Assembly (NCBI GenBank): GCA_963805625.1
Contig: CAWDVE010000016.1
Coordinates: 1 to 64,000 of the forward strand
Origin: an uncultured Candidatus Rokubacteria bacterium
Lineage (GTDB): Bacteria > Methylomirabilota > Methylomirabilia > Rokubacteriales > DASRDR01
Direction of reading: 5' to 3'
DNA: 64,000 nucleotides
The notes under the pieces are model-generated. The model did no database searches. It was not told the DNA's origin and saw only the letters and a list, made by a program, of their open reading frames with translations. Below, one piece after another: positions 8,289 to 19,898 of this stretch (position 1 is the stretch's first letter; every line of letters begins with the position of its first letter). Both the position numbers and the translations under genes were made by a program.

Positions 8289-9350
8289 ATGGGTCACGAA
8301 CACTCGGATCACCATTACTCGCATGACCAGGACTCGATCGGCGGGCACGACCACGGACCCCAGGCCTCCGGTCCGGGTGGCGACGGGCACGGTCATACGC
8401 ACGGGTTCGTCGATCCGTCGATCGCCTCCACGAGTCGGGGGCTGTGGGCGCTCAAGTGGTCGTTCGTCGGCCTGCTGGCGACCGCGTTTTTCCAGATGGT
8501 CATCGTGGCGCTCTCGGGGAGCGTCGCGCTCCTCGCGGACACCATCCACAACTTCGCCGATGCGGCGACGGCGATCCCGCTCGGCATCGCGTTCTGGCTG
8601 GCCCGCCGGGCGGCGACCCGGCGCTTCACGTATGGCCTAGGGCGTGTCGAGGACCTCGCGGGGATCGCGATCGTTGCCACGATCCTGGCCAGCGCCCTGG
8701 TGGCGGCGTACGAGGCCGTGGGCCGGCTGCTACATCCCCAGCCGGTCACGATGCTCGGCGCGGTCATGGTGGCCGCCGTCATCGGGTTCCTGGGGAACGA
8801 GGCCGTCGCCGTGTTCCGGATCCGGGTGGGTCGCCAGATCGGAAGTGCGGCGCTGGTCGCCGACGGCTATCACGCGCGGGTCGACGGCTGGACCAGCCTC
8901 GCGGTCCTGGTCGGGGCGCTCGGGGTCTGGGCCGGGTATCCGATCGCCGACCCGGTCGTCGGGCTTCTGATCTCGGCCGCGATCGTCTGGCTCGGGGCCC
9001 AGGCGGGCCGCACCGTCCTCATGCGGATCCTCGATGGCGTCGACACCGAGACCGTGGAGGCGGTCACGCACGCGGCCGGACACGTGCCGGAGGTCCGCGA
9101 GGTGACCGACGTGCGGGCTCGTTGGATCGGTCACCGGCTCCATACCGAGCTGAGCGTGAGCGTGGCGCCTGAGCTGTCCGTCGCCGACGCGCACGCGGTC
9201 GCGAAGGCGGTACGCCACCGGCTTCTCCATGACGTGCCGCATCTCGGGAGCGTCACCGTGCACGTGGACCCGCTCGGGGAGGGGGGCGATGCCCATCACC
9301 GCATCCTGGAGCACGCGCACGACGGGCTGCCCGCGCACTCCCATCCCTGA
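8289..9350 (+). CDS. Cation diffusion facilitator (CDF) metal transporter
   Basis: His-rich N-terminus, SGSVALLADTIHNFAD, FTYGLGRVEDL, SAALVADGYHARVD, C-terminal dimerization domain. Confidence 0.92.
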   Translation: MGHEHSDHHYSHDQDSIGGHDHGPQASGPGGDGHGHTHGFVDPSIASTSRGLWALKWSFVGLLATAFFQMVIVALSGSVALLADTIHNFADAATAIPLGIAFWLARRAATRRFTYGLGRVEDLAGIAIVATILASALVAAYEAVGRLLHPQPVTMLGAVMVAAVIGFLGNEAVAVFRIRVGRQIGSAALVADGYHARVDGWTSLAVLVGALGVWAGYPIADPVVGLLISAAIVWLGAQAGRTVLMRILDGVDTETVEAVTHAAGHVPEVREVTDVRARWIGHRLHTELSVSVAPELSVADAHAVAKAVRHRLLHDVPHLGSVTVHVDPLGEGGDAHHRILEHAHDGLPAHSHP

Positions 9351-9436
9351 GGGCGGCGGCCGCTACCCGTCGTCTGGGCGGGGCCGCGCGGTGAGTTTCG
9401 ACGCATCCGTTCTGGTGTGCCGGGCCGGTGCGCCAA

Positions 9437-9800
9437 TTAGAGCGTGATGAGGCGCCGCCGGACCGCCTGATCGAGCACCAGGCCTGTGAGGTACGCGGCG
9501 CCCATGTTCCAGAGGGCGAGCCCCGCCGTCAGCACGAGGATGGCCCGATCCTCAGGGGACGCTTCCTCGGGGTTCCCGGCCGCCGCGAGCTCCAGCCCGC
9601 CGAAGAGGAGGATCACGCCCAGAACGGGCAGCGGAAACAGACGGAGCAGCGTGCGGGTCGAGTCGGCGAAGAAGAGGGCCACGCCGAGAAGGAGCATGTC
9701 GAGGATGACCAGGCGCCCCCGGCGAGCGCCCCGAAGCATACGTGCCCGGCGAGGCCGCCGGCGTCGCGGCACATCGGCACGCCGCCCAGCGCCGCGGCCG
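9437..9800 (-). pseudogene. C-terminal remnant of a sulfate/molybdate (MOT1-like) transporter, frameshifted
   Basis: GGVPMCRDAGGLAGHVCFGA in one frame, then LLRLFPLPVLGVILLFGGLELA in another. Confidence 0.65.
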
Positions 9801-9814
9801 CCTCCGGCCAGCGG

Positions 9815-10822
9815 TCACGCCGGCGGTGACCCGCCGACGCCACTGGGCGGCTCCCCGGGTCGGCGACGCCACCATGGGCGCATCGGACCGAGCCGGCGGA
9901 GCGCGATCTCCGGCACCAGCGCGAGCGTGACGAGCCCAACCAGCCTGGGCCAGAGATCGGCGGGCACGCGGGATCGGCGCCGGTGCTGCGTGAACACCTC
10001 CTTGGGCTCGCCGAGCCGCGTGCCGCCGGTCAGATCGGCGAGCTCCTGGAGGAACACCTCATCCGCCTCGAGCCGCCGGAACTCCTCTGCGTAGGGGACG
10101 ACCAACCCCACGAGCTGAGAGCCGACGAGCTGCTGGTCGCGCCGCTGGGAGAGCCCTGCGACGTACACGCCTTCCTGCCGGGCCGGGAACGTGCCGCGAT
10201 ATCGGCCGGGCGCCACCTGCTCGAGTTCGACGACCGTCTGGCGCTTGTCGGGGGTGACCACCCCGAGCTGCGTGTCGAGGAAGTTGATGAACCCGCCCGC
10301 CGGGTCGATCGCGTCCACCGTGACCACCCCGCGCGCGCTCTCGCACTGGACGGTGACCGCCATGTCTGTCCGGGCATCGGCGCGCAGCGTCCAGCGCACC
10401 GCCTGAGCCCAGAACTTGTTGAACTCGCGCCACGGGAGCCAGCGGAGCGCCCACTTCCCCTTGGCGTCCGCGGTGAACGCCACCGCCCGACCCAGCCCAT
10501 AGCGCCACGCGGCCAGGAGCGGATCCTCCTGGTGCGTCATGAGGACCTGGTCGGCCGTCGGCTTCGCGGTGGTCGCGACGTACCCGCCGAGGGGCGGCGC
10601 CTTGGCCCAGTCGACGTCCTGGATGGTCTCGTGGGACGGCTGCGTCACGAGGGGGCAGAATGGCTGCTCGACGAGCGTGGCCTTGGAGGCGAGCGGGGTC
10701 TCGAGCGTGAAGATGCGCGGGACCGTGGCGGTCTCGTCGGTGAAGTAGAACCGACCGCGCCCCCACTTCGCCACATTGGCCAGGAAGCGCAGCTCCGCTT
10801 CCGAGCCGATCGCAACGCTCGT
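9815..10822 (-). pseudogene. C-terminal fragment of a large VWA / glutamine amidotransferase-like membrane protein
   Basis: SVAIGSEAELRFLANVAKWGRGRFYF, DPLLAAWRYGLGRAVAFTAD, LEQVAPGRYRGTF; no N-terminus. Confidence 0.7.
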
Positions 10823-10839
10823 GAAGGTCAGCGTCATGG

Positions 10840-11512
10840 TCGTCGCGGAGGCCGAGCCGGTACCCGTACCCACGCATGGTGTGGATGAGCGCGGGGGCCC
10901 GATCCCGGTCGATTTTCCGGCGGAGGTGACTCACGTGGACGTCAACCGTATTGGTGAAGCCGTCGGGCTCATCGTCCCAGGCGTGCTCACCCAGCTGCCC
11001 ACGGCTGACGACGGCGCCCGCGTGACGCATCAGCACCTCGAGGATCGCGTACTCCTTCGGGGTGAGCGAAACGGGCTCCCGCTCCGCGCGACCCGATGGG
11101 TCGCGGGATCGAGGGTGAGGTCGGCCACCTCGAGGACCACAGGCCGGGTCAAGGCGGACCGGCGAAGCACCGCGGAGAGCCGGGCGAGCAGCTCCGCGAA
11201 CTCGAACGGCTTCGTGACGTAGTCGTCCGCGCCCGTGTTGAGCCCGGTCACGCGATCGTCCAGGCCCCGTCGGGCGGTGAGCATGAGGATCGGCGTCGCG
11301 ATGCGCCGGGCGCGAAGATCTCGGCAGACCCGGAGCCCATCCTTGTCCGGCAACATCCAGTCGAGCACGATGGCGTCGTAGGCGTTGGCGGTCGCGATCT
11401 CCTCCCCGGCCTCGCCCGCGACGGCCAGGTCGACGACCCAGCCCTCCTCTCGCAGGCCCTTGGCGAGGAGCCGCGCGCCTTTCTGGTCGTCTTCGATCAG
11501 CAGTAGCCGCAT
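10840..11512 (-). pseudogene. OmpR-family response regulator with a frameshift near 11071
   Basis: MRLLLIEDD...LDWMLP...GADDYVTKPF receiver; winged helix (LTPKEYAIL...VDVHVSHLRRKID...IHTMRGYGY) continues in another frame. Confidence 0.85.
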
Positions 11513-11567
11513 GAGCCTGACCTGCGTCGCGTGCTGTGATTCTACGCCCGGTCCGTGTGGCGTCGCC

Positions 11568-11584
11568 CTTCAGGATTCCTTAAG
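11568..11584. promoter_or_regulatory. Candidate OmpR-family (PmrA/QseB-type) direct-repeat box
   Basis: CTTCAG-GATTC-CTTAAG, 11-bp periodicity, between the divergent regulator and mgtE. Confidence 0.5.
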
Positions 11585-11767
11585 GTCGGATGCGCTAGAT
11601 TCGACGGGTTTCGCGGGGCCTGCGACCTAGACTGTGTCCCATACGGCGCCATCGGACCGACTGGGTCGCCAGAGCCGCTCGAGTGGACTGGAGAGTCCAC
11701 TCATCCACGCGAAGACGTGGCTGGGGTCACCGGGCCGCATGGGTCATGTCCTCGAGGAGGTGAGGGA

Positions 11768-13126
<1,359 letters not shown>

Positions 13127-13340
13127 CCGGGCAGCCCGTGTGCCGGCTTATCGACTCATGCTCCAGCGTGTCTGCCACCGGGCGCGGTGACACGCGGCCG
13201 CTGGCCTCGTTCTGCCTCGCCAGGTGTTCCCCGCACCGCCGCAGCCTGCCGATCCTTGTGGCCCCGCCCATCGGGAGTCGAGGCGTCTGGAATGGCACGG
13301 ATCCCACACGGTGGCACTGTCCAAGAGACGGGAGGCGCGT

Positions 13341-13661
13341 ATGAGCCAGCCGGACGAAATGTCCGTTCCGAGAGCGCAGGTCGGGCACCCAGGGTTGCTC
13401 CGCCACGCAGAGGAACGGGCAGCCAACCTTCAGAATCGTATCGCAGATGCGATCACGCATGCTGCGGGATCGATGTGGTTCGTCTATATCCACGTCGTCT
13501 GGTTTCTTCTCTGGCTCAGGACCGAGCCATTCAAGGACGTGTTTCCCTATGGACTGCTGACGATGTTCAGTGCGAGCCCAACGGGCGCGCCGGCCCTCGG
13601 CATGCAGATGGCGTACGTCACGTCGACGCGTCTCGACGCTCTCATCGAGCACACGGAGTAA
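13341..13661 (+). pseudogene. DUF1003-like membrane protein, internally deleted
   Basis: RIADAITHAAGSMWFVYIH...FPYGLLTM, then the conserved SLEAIFL...SQNR segment is missing. Confidence 0.6.
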
Positions 13662-13715
13662 TATCGCCCCACACGGCGACGACATGCCGGTGATGCGCGA
13701 CTGGACATCAGAGTG

Positions 13716-16298
13716 ATGAGCCATGCCGGAACGCCGTTCGCCGTGACAGCGCTTCACGGCCCCGTCGATGGGCTCCTCGCGGAGCTCCATGCCTCACGCG
13801 GAGGCTTGACGGCGGACGAAGCGCGTCGGAGGCTCGGCGAGGTCGGCCCGAACGAGCCCGCGCGAGCGCCCCGCACGGCCGGTCTCGTTCAAATCCTCCT
13901 GCTCCTGGCGAATCCGCTGGTCATCATCTTGCTGATCGCGAGCGCCGCCTCCGCGATCCTCGGCGAACGGGTCAACGCCTCCATCATCGTCCTCATGGTG
14001 GCGCTGAGTGTGGTGCTCAACTTCGTTCAGACCTATCGCTCCCATCGCGTGGCGGAGCGACTGCGCGACGTCGTGGCGCCGACGGCGACCGCGCTCCGCG
14101 CGGGCACCTGGATCGAGATTCGGCGGCGCGACCTGGTCCCCGGTGACATCGTCCGGGTGGCCGCCGGGGATCGCGTGCCGGCCGACGCGCGCCTCCTCGA
14201 GACGCGAGACCTCCACGTCCAGCAGGCCGCCCTGACGGGCGAGTCGATGCCGGCCGAGAAGGACGCGGGCGACCTCGCCGCCCCGCCGCGTCAACCGGCA
14301 GATGCCCGCAACGTCATTTTCCTCGGCACGTCGGTCGTGAGCGGAACGGCGACGGCACTGGTCGTCGCGACGGGGCCGGCGACTGCCTTCGGCGACATTG
14401 CCGCACGCTTGTCGACGCGTCCGCCCGAAACGGAGTTCGAGCGCGGCACCCGCCGGTTCGCACTCCTCATCATGCGCACGGTGTTCTTCCTCGTGCTCTT
14501 CGTGTTGCTGGCCGGCGCGCTCATGCATCACGCGTTTCTCGAGTCGCTCCTCTTCGCGGTGGCGCTCGCCGTGGGTCTGACGCCCGAGTTCCTGCCCATG
14601 ATCAGCGCCGTCACCCTCTCTCGCGGCGCCGCGCACATGGCGCGCCAGAAGGTGATCGTCAAGCATCTCGAAGCCATCGAGAACTTCGGCAGCATGGATG
14701 TCCTCTGCAGCGACAAGACCGGCACGCTCACGAGCGGCGACATGGTGCTCGACCGGCACCTCGACCCATTCGGCCAAGTATCGGAGCGGCCCGTGATCCT
14801 CGCCTCTCTGAACAGCACCCACCAGACTGGCATCAAGAGCCCCCTGGACGAGGCGATTCTGAAGCACGGCGGGGTTGCCATCAGCGGTTGCCGAAAGCTC
14901 GACGAGATCCCGTTCGACTTCGAGCGCCGCCGGCTCTCCGTCGTCGTCGAGAACGAGGGCGGGCGCTTACTGATCACGAAGGGGGCTCCCGAGGGCGTCC
15001 TCGCCTGCTGCACGGCCTACGAGATCGACGGGTGCCAGGCCGCGCTCGATGCGCCGACGCGGGCGCGCTGTGAAGCAACGTACCGAGAGCTGAGCGCTCA
15101 GGGATCGCGGGTCCTGGCCGTCGCCTACGCAGAGGTGCCCCTCCAGGCCGTGTATTCGGCTCGCGACGAGCGTGAGCTGGTACTCGCCGGCTTCGTCACC
15201 TTCTTTGATCCGCCGATGGAGGGCGTCGCCGAAGCGATCCGCGCGCTTCTCCGTGACGGTGTCGTGGTGAAGATTCTCACCGGCGACAACGAGCTGGTCG
15301 CCCAGCACGTCTGCGGTCAGGTCGGCCTCGATAATACCCGTATCGTCGGGGGCGAGGAGATCGAGCGCATGACCGACGGCGCGCTCGCGGCGGTGGCCGA
15401 GCAGGCCACCGTCTTTACTCGTGTCTCCCCCGCGCAGAAGAACCGCATCATCCTCGCGCTCAAGAGCCGCAACCACGTCGTCGGCTTCCTGGGCGACGGC
15501 ATCAACGATGCGCCCTCCATCCACACGGCGGACGTCGGGGTGTCCGTCGCGACCGCGGTCGATGTCGCGAAGGATGCCGCCGACATCATCCTGCTCGAGC
15601 GTAACCTGGACGTCCTGCACGCCGGCATCCTCGAGGGCCGCCGGGCTTTCGGCAACGTGATGAAGTATCTGCTGATGGGGACCAGCTCGAACTTCGGCAA
15701 CATGTTCAGCATGGCGGGCGCGTTCCTCTTTCTCCCGTTCCTGCCGATGTTGCCGACTCAGATCCTGCTCAACAATTTCCTCTACGATCTCGCCCAGATC
15801 ACGATTCCCACCGACAATGTCGACGACGCATTCATCCGGACCCCGCAGCGGTGGAACATCGGAGTTATCCAGCGGTTCATGATGGTGATCGGGCCGATCA
15901 GCTCGATCTACGACTTCTTGACGTTTGGCGTGCTGCTGTGGGTCTTCCGCGCCTCTGAGGCGCTGTTCCAGACGGGCTGGTTCGTCGAGTCGCTCGCGAC
16001 GCAGACCCTCGTCCTCTTCGTCATCCGGACCGTCGGCACTCCGTGGCGCAGTCGGCCGAGCCTTCCGCTGGCGGTGACCACGGTGCTCGTGGTGCTGGTC
16101 GGCTTGATCTTACCCTTCACGCCGGTTGCCGCGACGCTTGGCTTCGTGCCACTTCCGGGCGCGTACTTCGTGTTTCTCGGCGGGGCCACCCTGACCTATC
16201 TCGCCCTCGTCGAGGTGGTCAAACGCCGACTGATGCGGCAGCTGCTCGGCCTGGGCCCCGCATCGCCGGTGGCGAGGTCTGTGGCGCCGGTATCATAG
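13716..16298 (+). CDS. mgtA: Magnesium-translocating P-type ATPase
   Basis: TGES, GLTPEFLPMI, SDKTGTLT, GDGINDAP, SSNFGNMFS, FQTGWFVES. Confidence 0.95.
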   Translation: MSHAGTPFAVTALHGPVDGLLAELHASRGGLTADEARRRLGEVGPNEPARAPRTAGLVQILLLLANPLVIILLIASAASAILGERVNASIIVLMVALSVVLNFVQTYRSHRVAERLRDVVAPTATALRAGTWIEIRRRDLVPGDIVRVAAGDRVPADARLLETRDLHVQQAALTGESMPAEKDAGDLAAPPRQPADARNVIFLGTSVVSGTATALVVATGPATAFGDIAARLSTRPPETEFERGTRRFALLIMRTVFFLVLFVLLAGALMHHAFLESLLFAVALAVGLTPEFLPMISAVTLSRGAAHMARQKVIVKHLEAIENFGSMDVLCSDKTGTLTSGDMVLDRHLDPFGQVSERPVILASLNSTHQTGIKSPLDEAILKHGGVAISGCRKLDEIPFDFERRRLSVVVENEGGRLLITKGAPEGVLACCTAYEIDGCQAALDAPTRARCEATYRELSAQGSRVLAVAYAEVPLQAVYSARDERELVLAGFVTFFDPPMEGVAEAIRALLRDGVVVKILTGDNELVAQHVCGQVGLDNTRIVGGEEIERMTDGALAAVAEQATVFTRVSPAQKNRIILALKSRNHVVGFLGDGINDAPSIHTADVGVSVATAVDVAKDAADIILLERNLDVLHAGILEGRRAFGNVMKYLLMGTSSNFGNMFSMAGAFLFLPFLPMLPTQILLNNFLYDLAQITIPTDNVDDAFIRTPQRWNIGVIQRFMMVIGPISSIYDFLTFGVLLWVFRASEALFQTGWFVESLATQTLVLFVIRTVGTPWRSRPSLPLAVTTVLVVLVGLILPFTPVAATLGFVPLPGAYFVFLGGATLTYLALVEVVKRRLMRQLLGLGPASPVARSVAPVS

Positions 16299-16369
16299 GC
16301 CGCTTCATGGAGGAAGGTACGAGGTTCCCCCGGACGGGCGCGGGGCGGAGGGGCAGGACGACGAGGAGA

Positions 16370-17623
16370 ATGGTGCGAATCGAGGGGAGGCCCGCGCTGG
16401 TCGCGAGCGCGGTGTGTGCCCTCGCCATCATGGCGACCATCAGCCCGACCTGGGCCCAGTCGGTCGTCGACGCGACACCGCCGAGTTGGGTGCAGGGCCC
16501 CTCCTTGACCGGCGACTGGGGAGGCTTGCGCAGTCGGCTCGCCGAGCGCGCCGTCGCTCCGTACGCGACGTACAACGTCGAGGCGTTCGGCACAGTGAGC
16601 GGAGGCAGTTTCGATGGGGCGGACTGGACCAGCGAGCTCGAGTTCGGCCTCGACGTCGACATGGAGAGGCTCGTCGGACTGCGGGGCGGATCCGTTCACG
16701 CGAGCTTCCTCTGGATCGAGGGCACCGATCCGAGCGAACGCGTGGGCAATGTCAATGCCATCAGTAGCCTGAGCGCGCCTGCGGCGGCCCGCGTCTACCA
16801 GCTCTGGTACAAGCACACCTTCCCGCTGGTCACCGTGAAGCTCGGCCAGGTCGTCGCGAGCGATGACTTCATGGTGTCGTCGACCGCCGCACTCTACCTC
16901 AATGCCGGCTTCGGCACCTATCCCACCTTCACGGCGAACATCAACGCGCCCACGTACCCGCTGGGCGGTCCCGGCGCCGTCGTGACGTGGTCGGCGATGG
17001 AGTCCGTCTCGCTCCAGTCTGGCGTGTACGTCGCCGACGCGGGCCCCAACGACGGAGGCAACCACGGCTTCGGCTGGAGCACGGACCACGGGTGGGTCGT
17101 CTTCTCCGAGGTCGCCTACAAAACGAGTCTCGGGGGGCGGTCCGGTGTTTACAAGCTTGGTGGCTACTACGATACCGCTCGCTTCACCGATCTCGTGACC
17201 GGGGCCTCGGATCGGGGGAATTGGAGCGTCTATGTCCTCGGGGACCAGACGCTCTACACGGGAGCAGACAGCGTGCCGACGGTGACGGTCTTTGCGGGCG
17301 TCGGGCTCAGCCCGCAGCAGGACCGCAACACGGTGTACTACTACGGGCAGGCCGGCGTGAACGTCATCGGCCTCGTGCCGTCCCGCCCGAAGGACGTGCT
17401 GGGCTTGGGCGCCTCGTACACGCACTTCAGCGACGATTTCGTCCAGGCGAACCGAGTGGCCGGCACGCCGGTGACATCCCAGGAGACCATCGTCGAGCTC
17501 ACCTACCAGGCCGTGATCACGCCGTTCCTCACGCTTCAGCCGGACCTCCAACTGGTCTTTGACGCGAACCAGAGTGGCCGTGACGCCGTGGTGTTCGGGG
17601 TCCGACTGGTCGCGACCTTCTAA
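16370..17623 (+). CDS. OprB-family carbohydrate-selective porin
   Basis: Signal peptide, [20 protein letters not shown]-terminal Phe; AGGAG RBS. Confidence 0.85.
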   Translation: MVRIEGRPALVASAVCALAIMATISPTWAQSVVDATPPSWVQGPSLTGDWGGLRSRLAERAVAPYATYNVEAFGTVSGGSFDGADWTSELEFGLDVDMERLVGLRGGSVHASFLWIEGTDPSERVGNVNAISSLSAPAAARVYQLWYKHTFPLVTVKLGQVVASDDFMVSSTAALYLNAGFGTYPTFTANINAPTYPLGGPGAVVTWSAMESVSLQSGVYVADAGPNDGGNHGFGWSTDHGWVVFSEVAYKTSLGGRSGVYKLGGYYDTARFTDLVTGASDRGNWSVYVLGDQTLYTGADSVPTVTVFAGVGLSPQQDRNTVYYYGQAGVNVIGLVPSRPKDVLGLGASYTHFSDDFVQANRVAGTPVTSQETIVELTYQAVITPFLTLQPDLQLVFDANQSGRDAVVFGVRLVATF

Positions 17624-17689
17624 TCACTCGGAGTCACGAACGCGTAGGCGACGCTCGCAACTCATTGCCGCACCAGGTCGATCCACGAC

Positions 17690-18045
17690 TGGAGGCCTCG
17701 AGGATCGGGAGTCCCTGGCTCGCAAGATCGCGAAGTACAACCTTCTGGCGGCGCCGTTCCTCGAGCAGCACGGGAGCGTCGCCGGCTTCGTGACGGTGGA
17801 CGACGTGAGTGACGTCCTCATCGAGGAACAGCCCGAGGACCTTCTGCAGATGACGACGGTCGTGCCCTGTGGCGCTCGACCGTTCATACTTCGAGACCTT
17901 GATCTGTCACGTTGTCCAGAAGCGGATCGGCTGACTGCTCGTGACGGTCACGGTCACGGTGCTCGTGAGCTGTGCCTGGTCGACAACGATCGGCTCGGCC
18001 ATTGCCATGGCCACCAGGCGCTTCGGGCTGGATCCGGCCGTGTCC
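17690..18045 (+). pseudogene. Degenerate, internally deleted second copy of mgtE
   Basis: [23 protein letters not shown]...GFVTVDDV resembles 12400-12645, then jumps to a match with about 12940-13040; contains stops and frameshifts. Confidence 0.8.
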
Positions 18046-18239
18046 ACCTGCGCGTTCCGCATCAGGTGTCGCAGCAGGCCCGGTTTGAGCGTGCGGTGAT
18101 CGGGGATCAGCGGCTTTCTGGAGGTATCGGTCGCATGGCGCAGCCGGATATGGCTGCCGCGCTGTCGCACGACGCTGTAGCCGAGGTGCTCGAAGACGCG
18201 GATGGCCTCCCGTCCCGAGACAACGGGAAGCCCGGCCGT
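18045..18239 (-). pseudogene. hicA: HicA mRNA interferase toxin; start codon is ACG and the 3' end is truncated
   Basis: (ACG)[32 protein letters not shown]...[19 protein letters not shown]; GSH motif. Confidence 0.75.
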
Positions 18240-18466
18240 TATCGGGTAACGACGACGCTCCCGACAAGGACGCGCGAGGGATTCGGGATGACCTCTCCGT
18301 GGGCCTGTATGTCCTCCAGACAGAGCTCGATGGCTTCACGAATGTTGTCCAGCGCCCCGTCGATCGTGTCACCCTGGCTGTAGCAGCCTGGAAGAGAGGG
18401 GCACGTCGCGACGTACCCGCCGGTCTCATCCGGTTCCCAGAGCACCTTGAAGTCGTAGGCCTTCAT
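18239..18466 (-). CDS. hicB: HicB antitoxin (short form)
   Basis: [36 protein letters not shown]. Confidence 0.9.
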   Translation of the reverse strand: MKAYDFKVLWEPDETGGYVATCPSLPGCYSQGDTIDGALDNIREAIELCLEDIQAHGEVIPNPSRVLVGSVVVTR

Positions 18467-18651
18467 TCGCCGTATCCCCCCGGTAGCGGACATTACAGGA
18501 CGGGAGGCCGGTAGGGTAAGGGTCGGCTCTCGATGCGGGCCGGAGAAACGTGGGCGACGTGACAGGCTCCGAGCCTCGTCTGCGTAGGGTGCAAGACGGG
18601 GCGGAGTCCGGCAATGAAGCGGTGACCTACGGGTGGAATGCGGTCGTGTAT

Positions 18652-18700
18652 CGGCTCTCTCAAGGCTGAAACAGGATTCGAATCCCTTGTGCTCGCAATC
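18652..18700 (+). tRNA. Degenerate 3' fragment of tRNA-Glu(CTC), probable att scar
   Basis: CGGCT-CTCTCAA-GGCTG anticodon arm, then AAAC-AGGA-TTCGAAT-CCCT T-arm-like; no D-arm or acceptor stem. Confidence 0.5.
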
Positions 18701-18822
18701 CCCAAGATCCTCGAAGTGCCCCGAAGCGGCGAGCAGGTGGCACTCTCGGCTCGATAGGCGCGACCTCTTGCTCACGGAGCGTATGACGCGGACGCACAGG
18801 CTCAGGCGGAGACGGAGTGGCC

Positions 18823-18949
18823 TGATGTTCAGGAACCGTGTGACTTGCTGCGCGGGGGTGACAGGCCGACACGTGCTTTGGAGTTCTTAGCCTCCTCCCG
18901 GGTTGTGTTGGCGAAGTGCCGGCGCCATCGATCGAGCCGCCAGACGACC
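18823..18949 (+). repeat. Bipartite repeat copy A (copy B at 19732-19869)
   Basis: Two exact 19-mers are shared: GTTCAGGAACCGTGTGACT and AGTGCCGGCGCCATCGATC. Confidence 0.75.
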
Positions 18950-18950
18950 C

Positions 18951-19745
18951 TGTCAAGCCATCTAAGAAAGATACCGAGGGGTGAATCGTCGAGCCATCTA
19001 ACATGTAACCCTCGGAGACCGAGCCTGGGGCCGGCGTAGGTGGTTGGCAAAGGTGAAGTCCGGGGTGCCGGGCGGGCGGCCCGGGTGCGGCTTCGGCGGT
19101 GCCGGGATGATGGGCGGGAAGTTCGCCGCCGTGGGGATGGGCACGCCCGCCACCCGCGCGGGCGTGGCCAAGGCGACGAGCCGCTCGATCTTCCGATCGA
19201 TGGCCTCGGCCAGGGCGAAGGGATCCAGCTGATCGCGTAGGCGGACGAGTTCGCGCACCGCCTGGGAATCCGCCTCGGGGCAGCTCTGGACCCGCTCGAG
19301 GGGCGTGCGCGGAGCATCGTAGTGACGGCGCAACCGCGCGCCGACCCGTTCCTTGCTGAGGAGTTTGACCGACGGCAGGAAGAGGTTGTGCAAGAGCCGG
19401 AGCTCGTGCCGATAGAGCGCATTCAGCGCGGTCACCGCCGCCGGCGTGTCGTAGCGCCAGTAGCCTACGAGCTTCCGGACGTGCGTCCAGTTCTTCTGCT
19501 CGATGTGGGCGTTGTCGTCCTTCTTGTACGGTCGGCCGCGTGTGAACTGGATCTCCTGCGCCTGGCAGTAGCGGTAGAGATGATGGTTGATGAACTCGGA
19601 CCCGTTGTCGGAGTCGATCCCCCGGAGGCGGAAGGGCAGGACCTGCCGGATCTCGTCCAAGGCCGTCTGGACGCCGCGTTCGCCGCGGCCGAGGACCGCC
19701 CGGGTCTCCACCCAGGTGGTGTGGATGTCCGTGACGTTCAGGAAC
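18951..19745 (-). mobile_element. Truncated IS with a DDE (rve-like) transposase C-terminal part and one intact end
   Basis: GIDSDNGSEFIN, FTRGRPYKKDDNAHIEQKN; TGT terminus at 18951 with two subterminal repeats GTC(A/G)AGCCATCTAA. Confidence 0.8.
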
Positions 19746-19869
19746 CGTGTGACTCGCATGCGCGACGTCGCTCGGTGAAGCCCGGCACGTCACATCCCAG
19801 TGATCGGTCTTCAGCGGAGTGGTGCTTGGGGAGAGTGCCGGCGCCATCGATCTGGCCGCGAACGACGAC
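19732..19869 (+). repeat. Bipartite repeat copy B
   Basis: See copy A. Confidence 0.75.
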
Positions 19870-19898
19870 TAGCGGCGCGGGTCACGGTGGGGCTATGC

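Noticed and set aside
13224-13340. MgtL-like proline-rich leader peptide or Mg2+ riboswitch before mgtA
   Set aside because: Proline richness is expected at this GC content, the frame runs into the DUF1003 remnant, and no attenuator is recognisable.
18827-19852. Integron attC sites or CRISPR repeats
   Set aside because: No RYYYAAC/GTTRRRY complementary ends, only two units, and no integron integrase.
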